From positions 13,157 through 77,156 of the forward strand of contig DLGT01000084.1 in NCBI GenBank assembly GCA_002482845.1: a stretch of 64,000 nt of DNA, given 5' to 3'. This document shows positions 58,774-64,000 of this stretch, one piece after another (the first letter of the stretch is position 1; every line of letters begins with the position of its first letter). Under the pieces are notes generated by a model that saw only the letters and a list, made by a program, of their open reading frames with translations, did no database searches and was not told where the DNA came from. The stretch is from Saprospiraceae bacterium UBA7687. GTDB taxonomy: Bacteria; Bacteroidota; Bacteroidia; Chitinophagales; Saprospiraceae. The position numbers and the translations under genes were made by a program.

Positions 58774-59514
58774 TTAATCAATTAGATTTTCTGCAAGTAA
58801 ACTTTCATAAAGGGTTTTATAATTATTAATTGAACCAATATAGCCATAAATATCAATATTATCTTTTAAATAATTTTTTAATAAATCTGGAACATTTTCA
58901 AATTTATCCATCTTAAATTGCATAAATCTATTTGTATAGAATTTAAATTTTTCAATATCTTTTTCTTTCCCAAAATATGTAGCTGCTGATAATAAAGTCC
59001 ATGTATAATATTGATCTAGATTAAAACAGTAATTTGGTCTATCATATCTACGTAGAATAATTTCTGAATAAGCTTTTTCTGCTGATTTTATTAAAAATTC
59101 ATTACTTGAAGTATTTTTTATTATAAATGAAATTTTTAATACATGTGCAATTGCAATTAATATTCTGGGCTCATCATTTGTGTCGTCAACATAAGAATAA
59201 GCTAATGAATAAAATTCAAATGCTGTTTTCCAATCATTTTGTATCATTGTAAAATACCCTAAACTTATATACATTAGAAACTTATCTTTAATAAATTCAA
59301 CAACATCAAGAATTATCATTGTGTAAGCAGTCTTATTGTCAAAAGTGCTATTAGTATGCCTATCTTGTAGGTATTGATTTAAGCTTACTAATAATTTATC
59401 TGATAATCCTAGATTACTTTTTAAGGATTGATATGAATATTTATTTGCAATACCTTTGTTGGTTTCATCTACTGCTATTTCTAAGAATGTCTTTGTTTTG
59501 AATAAGTTGAACAT
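58774..59514 (-). CDS. Hypothetical cytoplasmic all-helical (TPR-like?) protein
   Basis: It is the first gene of the minus-strand operon and is divergent from the Xre gene. No motif was recognised. Confidence 0.45.
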   Translation of the reverse strand: MFNLFKTKTFLEIAVDETNKGIANKYSYQSLKSNLGLSDKLLVSLNQYLQDRHTNSTFDNKTAYTMIILDVVEFIKDKFLMYISLGYFTMIQNDWKTAFEFYSLAYSYVDDTNDEPRILIAIAHVLKISFIIKNTSSNEFLIKSAEKAYSEIILRRYDRPNYCFNLDQYYTWTLLSAATYFGKEKDIEKFKFYTNRFMQFKMDKFENVPDLLKNYLKDNIDIYGYIGSINNYKTLYESLLAENLID

Positions 59515-59527
59515 AAATTGTTTTTCA

Positions 59528-59535
59528 CAAATATA
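59528..59535 (-). promoter_or_regulatory. Candidate -7 promoter box (TATATTTG on minus strand) for the cargo operon
   Basis: Exact TAnnTTTG match 13 nt upstream of the ATG at 59514 and immediately downstream of the palindromic operator. Confidence 0.4.
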
Positions 59536-59540
59536 ATACA

Positions 59541-59558
59541 GTTATCAAATATGATAAC
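59541..59558. promoter_or_regulatory. Palindromic operator candidate for the Xre-family regulator
   Basis: GTTATCA-aata-TGATAAC, with perfect 7-bp arms, in the 91-bp divergent intergenic region. Confidence 0.55.
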
Positions 59559-59605
59559 CATTATGGGGTAATTATTTAAAAACTTGGCAGATAATTTACA
59601 TCTGC

Positions 59606-59818
59606 ATGGATAAAGATGATTTCTTAAAGCATTTAGGTCACAATATAAAAACGTTGCGTGAATCTAAAGGTATATCTCAGCAAAAACTTGCTGCGGATTG
59701 TAACTTTGAGAAGTCTAATATGAGTAGAATAGAAGCAGGTAATACAAATCCTACAATATATACATTGTACAAAATTGCATTAGCTATGGATGTAGAAATC
59801 CATGAGTTGCTAAAATAA
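59606..59818 (+). CDS. Xre-family helix-turn-helix transcriptional regulator
   Basis: 70 aa. 'IKTLRESKGISQQKLAADCNFEKSNMSRIEAGNTNPTIYTLYKIALAMDV' is a canonical HTH_3/Cro-CI pattern. Confidence 0.85.
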   Translation: MDKDDFLKHLGHNIKTLRESKGISQQKLAADCNFEKSNMSRIEAGNTNPTIYTLYKIALAMDVEIHELLK

Positions 59819-59852
59819 AAGGGAGGCTACAGATGTAATACTCCCTTTCTTG
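59819..59852 (+). terminator. Terminator-like hairpin after the Xre gene
   Basis: Stem AAGGGAG / CTCCCTT followed by TCTTG; the T-run is weak. Confidence 0.5.
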
Positions 59853-60057
59853 TGCTTCCTTTCAGTGGTTTGTTGATGTAGCAGTAACCTTCTCAAAAGA
59901 ACTGGTACTAAAAAATACAGCATAACTGCTTGTAGATTCTATCTTAATTTGTAACATTAATCCATATATGCTATGAACATAGACTATTTTTACCACATAG
60001 TAATGGTGTAAATTGATGTTAATTACCAAATGTGCATTTGTAACTAGATGGAGATTA

Positions 60058-61014
60058 TCAGGATATTAAATACCATGAATCATGTCCTGTATCTAGACTT
60101 CCTACAAGATGTGAGAAAAATTGCCCTACCGCTACATTATTATCAACTATAGTGTCTAGGTAAGATGACTTTAATGATGCAGTAAATAGATTGTATAAGG
60201 ACCATAAATCTATTGCCCCATGTACACTGCTAAAATTTGCATCATGATAATATTGTTTTGTGACTGTAGTGAGCTGTGAATCATTTAATCCACAGTTTAG
60301 AAGTAGTTTTTTGTGCTCTCTAGGTAGATAATTAGACATTCTACATCTACCTAATAAATGAGCAAACTGCCTTTCTGACAATGTATAATTACTCAGGTTA
60401 CTCATAAATGTCAGGTTGGGTAATGGCTCATAGGATGATATAATATTGCGTAATGTGCTAGATAATGCGTCTATAGAGTTAACTAAAATAGCATTATTTA
60501 TACCATCGGACCAAACACAAAGATTGCTGCAAACCTTAACTTGAAACCCTATAAAGAAAGTAAAATGCTGCATGGCATTACTATTTCTATTTAAGTTATC
60601 TTTATTATATGCCTTCACACCACCTATAACCAACTTAAGTTCTTGCCCATTAATCACTTTTGTGATAGAAGGTATAACATAAACAAACATCATACGCTCA
60701 TAATATAGCGTTTCTTCTTGTGGTAAAAGTTCATGTACTTTTTTAAACCTTGCAGATGGTACTCTACCGCGTACTGGATGGGAAACTCTAATATATGGTC
60801 CTAGTATGTCATTAGCATGGATTTCACTCAGCACATTTTGTGTAGCATATATAAATTCATGCTGACTTATGAGTGCATGATTATCCTTAGTAAATACAGG
60901 AATAATATGATTACGTTCCATCTCATGAAGATATACAGGTAGAGTATTTGCTTCTATAAAAGGTAATGTAACATCTTCTTGATTTAGAAATGTATTAGTG
61001 GTTTGTAATTCCAT
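60058..61014 (-). CDS. Hypothetical MGE protein (possibly DUF3871-like)
   Basis: It overlaps the upstream ATPase gene by 20 nt, which suggests translational coupling. 'FTFFIGFQVKVCSNLCVW' resembles what I recall of DUF3871; this is unverified. The start is set at MELQTT (61014). Confidence 0.4.
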   Translation of the reverse strand: MELQTTNTFLNQEDVTLPFIEANTLPVYLHEMERNHIIPVFTKDNHALISQHEFIYATQNVLSEIHANDILGPYIRVSHPVRGRVPSARFKKVHELLPQEETLYYERMMFVYVIPSITKVINGQELKLVIGGVKAYNKDNLNRNSNAMQHFTFFIGFQVKVCSNLCVWSDGINNAILVNSIDALSSTLRNIISSYEPLPNLTFMSNLSNYTLSERQFAHLLGRCRMSNYLPREHKKLLLNCGLNDSQLTTVTKQYYHDANFSSVHGAIDLWSLYNLFTASLKSSYLDTIVDNNVAVGQFFSHLVGSLDTGHDSWYLIS

Positions 61015-61852
61015 TTTGTAAATTATTATTTGGTGATAAAATAGATGATGTAAGAAGTGTCTTTTTTGCAATAAATTCTGCTTCTAAAACAGGATAATAA
61101 GCTGTGTAGGACTTGTAAATCTCTGTTAGTTGCTGCAAATTTGTGGCATTATCTATTAAAGATTTAACTCTATCCTTAGAAACCCCTGAAAGACACCATT
61201 CTAGTATTTTATTACCAGTAATAGTAGTGATTTTAAAAGGTGGTAAATCAGCAAATAAACCAGTTCTATCCTTAGATGATTTAGCAAAATGGTTTATATC
61301 TAATTCTAGTACAATGGTAAACTCATAATCTATACCATCACGCATAATAGTTTTAAGTCCTACTTTCTCAGGGCTTAGCTTACCATTTCCCTTATCTTGT
61401 AAAACATAATCTTGTTTTACTCTAATGGTAACTATAATATGTGATGTAGATGAAAGTATCTTAGTAATAAGATCATTAATCCTAGGGGTGATCTTGGACC
61501 AATTAGTGAAGGAATTACCAGCAAGACCTGCATGATAGTCTAATAAATACTCCCAACACTGTGACAAACCATCTATAATTATACAACTAACACCTTCCTT
61601 TTCTGCAAGTTCTATGGCTTGGATGTATCTCTCAGGTGTAAATGGTTTTGTAAGTGGAATTACTTTGTACTCACCAATATGAGCATATAAGTCAGCACTT
61701 CCATTTTCTGTATCAATTACACAAATATCTGAATAGACACCAACTAAACCATATGCCATTAATATAGCACTAAAAGTTTTACCAGACCCTGCTGGTCCTT
61801 GTAAAGCTAATTTTATTTTAGCTTGTTTGCGTTCTGCTTTACGTACAATCAT
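60995..61852 (-). CDS. AAA_24 / Sak4-like RecA-fold ATPase
   Basis: Walker A 'GPAGSGKTF', Walker B 'CIIIDGLS', and a late 'SSKDRTGLF' typical of phage Sak4-like ATPases. Confidence 0.75.
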   Translation of the reverse strand: MIVRKAERKQAKIKLALQGPAGSGKTFSAILMAYGLVGVYSDICVIDTENGSADLYAHIGEYKVIPLTKPFTPERYIQAIELAEKEGVSCIIIDGLSQCWEYLLDYHAGLAGNSFTNWSKITPRINDLITKILSSTSHIIVTIRVKQDYVLQDKGNGKLSPEKVGLKTIMRDGIDYEFTIVLELDINHFAKSSKDRTGLFADLPPFKITTITGNKILEWCLSGVSKDRVKSLIDNATNLQQLTEIYKSYTAYYPVLEAEFIAKKTLLTSSILSPNNNLQNGITNH

Positions 61853-61875
61853 AATAGAATAAATTATTTAAGGTT

Positions 61876-61911
61876 AAAAAAAAAGGAGTACCCCATTTCT
61901 GGAATACTCCC
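61876..61911 (-). terminator. Rho-independent terminator between the 131-aa gene and the ATPase gene
   Basis: The minus strand reads GGAGTA-ttccagaaatgggg-TACTCC followed by T9. Confidence 0.7.
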
Positions 61912-61932
61912 ATTTGTTAATAGTAACAGCTA

Positions 61933-62328
61933 TTAAGCTTCAGCAACTACATGATTGCCATTACTACTAAAAACGTTAAGATTAGGAATCAACGGTGCTA
62001 CATTTGCTGGCTTTTGTTGTACCACTGTTTGCTCCATTGGTGAATAAGTGTATCTATGAGACAAGTTTACAACTTCTCCTGTTTCAGGAATAGTGTACTC
62101 ATAAGAATCACATTGTTCCTTTACAATAGATCCTGTCATTTGTTTACCTACCATCAATGCAGCTGTATTTTCATTAAAAGTAGATGAAATACTGCATGAT
62201 CTAGTGGTTGCATAAAATTTGCCAGTTTCTTTAGACTGGACCATTTCTAAATCCCCTTGTAATACAAGAGTTACAAATGAACTACCATCTTTGGTTGTTC
62301 TTACAGAGTAATTTGCTACTGTTACCAT
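61933..62328 (-). CDS. Small hypothetical MGE protein
   Basis: The start is set at MVTVANYSV (62328). The longer track ORF begins inside a C-rich leader. No family was recognised. Confidence 0.45.
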   Translation of the reverse strand: MVTVANYSVRTTKDGSSFVTLVLQGDLEMVQSKETGKFYATTRSCSISSTFNENTAALMVGKQMTGSIVKEQCDSYEYTIPETGEVVNLSHRYTYSPMEQTVVQQKPANVAPLIPNLNVFSSNGNHVVAEA

Positions 62329-62546
62329 AACTAATAAAATTTTGTGATTAATAAAAGGGGGGGACATCTTTCCTACCCACAGGATAGCCGGGGGTGTTAT
62401 GTACCACGATTAGAAACATAGTTACATTTAAGAAACTGTAATATTAGATAGATAACATCAGATAAACAGATAAGAACTATAATACACCATTATATTAGTA
62501 GAATTTAGGAGTAGAATCAGTGTTTTTGTTAAATATGACAATTACA

Positions 62547-63743
62547 TCACTTACTAAAAATATCAAACAAACTGCCTACATGCTGATCTAATAAATCATT
62601 AGTTACTTCTGCATAATGCTTTTCTGTAATTTTAGTATTAGAATGACCTAGTAAGGTAGATGCTACTTTAAGTGGTATGTTATTGCCTAGTAGGACAGTA
62701 GTAGTAAAGGTCTTGCGTGCAAGGTGTGTTGTAAGGTGTGCATTTAAATTAATTTCTATAGCTAACTCCTTAAGATATTCATTATACTTTTGATTAGAAA
62801 GTACAGGTAGGACACCATCATACTTATTCCATATCTTTTGTGCAGGTGGTAGCATAGGTATTAGGAAATTCTTATGTGTTTTTTGACGCTTCATGGTTAT
62901 CCATGTAATACCATTTTTAACAATGATGTTATCCATAGATAATGCTGCTATTTCAGCATAAGCTAGACCACTATAGCATGAGAATATAAAGCAATCCCTT
63001 ACTTTTGTTAATTTCTCTGTTAAGTTACCTGCATTTTCTACACATGCTAACTGGTCCTTTGTAAGATAAACAATAGTTGTGGTAACATTCTTAGATTTGT
63101 GCAGCAGCCAAGGGTCTTTATCTACATATTCTCTCCCAAGCGCATACTTAATTATTTGCTTTAGAAGCTGTACAGATTTGTTTATGGTGACTTGTTTATG
63201 CTTTAATACAGATAAACAGAACTCTTCATATTCTAGTAAATGCTTTAGTCTTAGGTCACTTAAAATGATATCCTTAGTGTTATAATACTGCTTCACAAAG
63301 TCTTTAAAGCTATTGCAAACAGTAATATACTTCTGTACTGTACGTTTCTGTAACTGTTCTCCTACTGCTTTATAAGCTTGTGAGATATACAGATTGTATA
63401 CTTCTACATATCCCATAGTTTTAACCACTGTGTTATAATGTTCAGGCTTGCACAAGAGTAGGTTTGCTATTTGTTGTAAATTTACTTCATGGTCATGTGA
63501 ATATATGTCTAGTAGTTGTTTATGGAGTTTCTGCTTCCATAGTTCTAAAATGTTGCTCTTAAGGGCATCATTAACAATCTGATACTTATTACCATCCCAA
63601 TCTGATGGATTTACTTTAATACTTGTGGAGATAATTTTTAAATGGTCCCCATAAAATAGTTTGCAATAGATAGGTGCTAAGCCTTTTCTATTAGTTTTGC
63701 TTTTGTAAATAAAAAGCTGATAATTAATACTTCCAATTTTCAT
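62547..63743 (-). CDS. int: Tyrosine site-specific integrase (Bacteroidota type with N-terminal arm-binding domain)
   Basis: Catalytic region 'HLARKTFTT...LLGHSNTKITEKHY' (R..HxxR..Y), a SAM-like middle domain, and the N-terminal 'KSKTNRKGLAPIYCKL'. Confidence 0.9.
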   Translation of the reverse strand: MKIGSINYQLFIYKSKTNRKGLAPIYCKLFYGDHLKIISTSIKVNPSDWDGNKYQIVNDALKSNILELWKQKLHKQLLDIYSHDHEVNLQQIANLLLCKPEHYNTVVKTMGYVEVYNLYISQAYKAVGEQLQKRTVQKYITVCNSFKDFVKQYYNTKDIILSDLRLKHLLEYEEFCLSVLKHKQVTINKSVQLLKQIIKYALGREYVDKDPWLLHKSKNVTTTIVYLTKDQLACVENAGNLTEKLTKVRDCFIFSCYSGLAYAEIAALSMDNIIVKNGITWITMKRQKTHKNFLIPMLPPAQKIWNKYDGVLPVLSNQKYNEYLKELAIEINLNAHLTTHLARKTFTTTVLLGNNIPLKVASTLLGHSNTKITEKHYAEVTNDLLDQHVGSLFDIFSK

Positions 63744-63878
63744 GATAAAAAATTTAGAAGTATCTGTTAGGGTTCACTTTAAAGTAGAATACCTGTATGG
63801 ATACCTAAATGGATACTGAAAATGCTATAATTACTTATTTAATAGAAATTACAATCTATAAATAAAAATTATCATTTT

Positions 63879-63953
63879 ACTAACTGACATAGAAGTAAAA
63901 CCTACATAGTATTTTGATAGTAGTTTAGAATATAGAATATAAACTGTATACAT
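63879..63953 (-). pseudogene. Duplicated 5' fragment (first 25 codons) of the GIY-YIG gene inside the right repeat
   Basis: The sequence is the same as 51242-51316. Downstream of the repeat the frame diverges into island DNA. Confidence 0.6.
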
Positions 63954-64000
63954 TTTTCTTAGACTTAGCTTTTTGTTCAAAAAAAAAGAGTCCAACCTAT
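63879..64000. repeat. Right copy of the direct repeat (att-like), truncated by the window end
   Basis: It is identical to 51242-51363. Confidence 0.9.

Larger units (their letters stand above)
51242..64000. mobile_element. Integrative element (~12.6 kb) with tyrosine integrase, replication-type genes, an R-M enzyme and cargo; the right boundary runs into the window edge
   Basis: A perfect 122-bp direct repeat sits at both ends. The integrase lies ~135 bp inside the right repeat. Gene content is MGE-type and the region is visibly more AT-rich than its flanks. Confidence 0.8.

Noticed and set aside
1-64000. CRISPR arrays, rRNA or tRNA genes, IS transposases.
   Set aside because: No regularly spaced 25-40-nt repeats, no rRNA-like conserved blocks, no cloverleaf candidates and no DDE or transposase-like ORFs were found while reading both strands.

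Overview
This is a low-GC Bacteroidota chromosomal segment. The taxon is inferred from a SusC/SusD pair, T9SS type-A and type-B C-terminal sorting domains, BshC, many lipoprotein signals and TAnnTTTG-type -7 boxes. All functional calls come from motif recognition by eye; no searches were run.

nt 1-51.2 kb holds housekeeping genes: ApbE-like, DnaQ-like exonuclease, di-haem peroxidase, gap, pgk, aroK, UDP-xylose synthase, yigZ, bshC, accD, panB and mltG. These are interleaved with surface and secretion loci:
- an enzyme-less SusC/SusD pair whose SusD carries a ~200-aa internal beta-sandwich-like insertion
- two tandem mosaic paralogues of giant Cys-rich T9SS proteins
- a 1216-aa SprB-repeat T9SS protein
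- a Tat-signal DUF1501/DUF1800 pair
- a five-gene Spt / GNAT acyltransferase / SDR reductase / lipid kinase / DMT cluster that looks like a bacterial ceramide (or sulfonolipid) pathway

nt 51,242-64,000 is a ~12.6-kb integrative element bounded by a perfect >=122-bp direct repeat that is cut by the window edge. It carries:
- a tyrosine integrase
- a Sak4-like AAA ATPase
- an Xre repressor with a palindromic operator
- a 546-aa protein with all family-A polymerase motifs, next to a perfect inverted pair of DnaA boxes
- a single-chain type IIG restriction-modification enzyme with a convergent, stop-overlapping membrane protein
- a three-gene cargo operon of unknown function

This element is the most likely home of an undescribed system.
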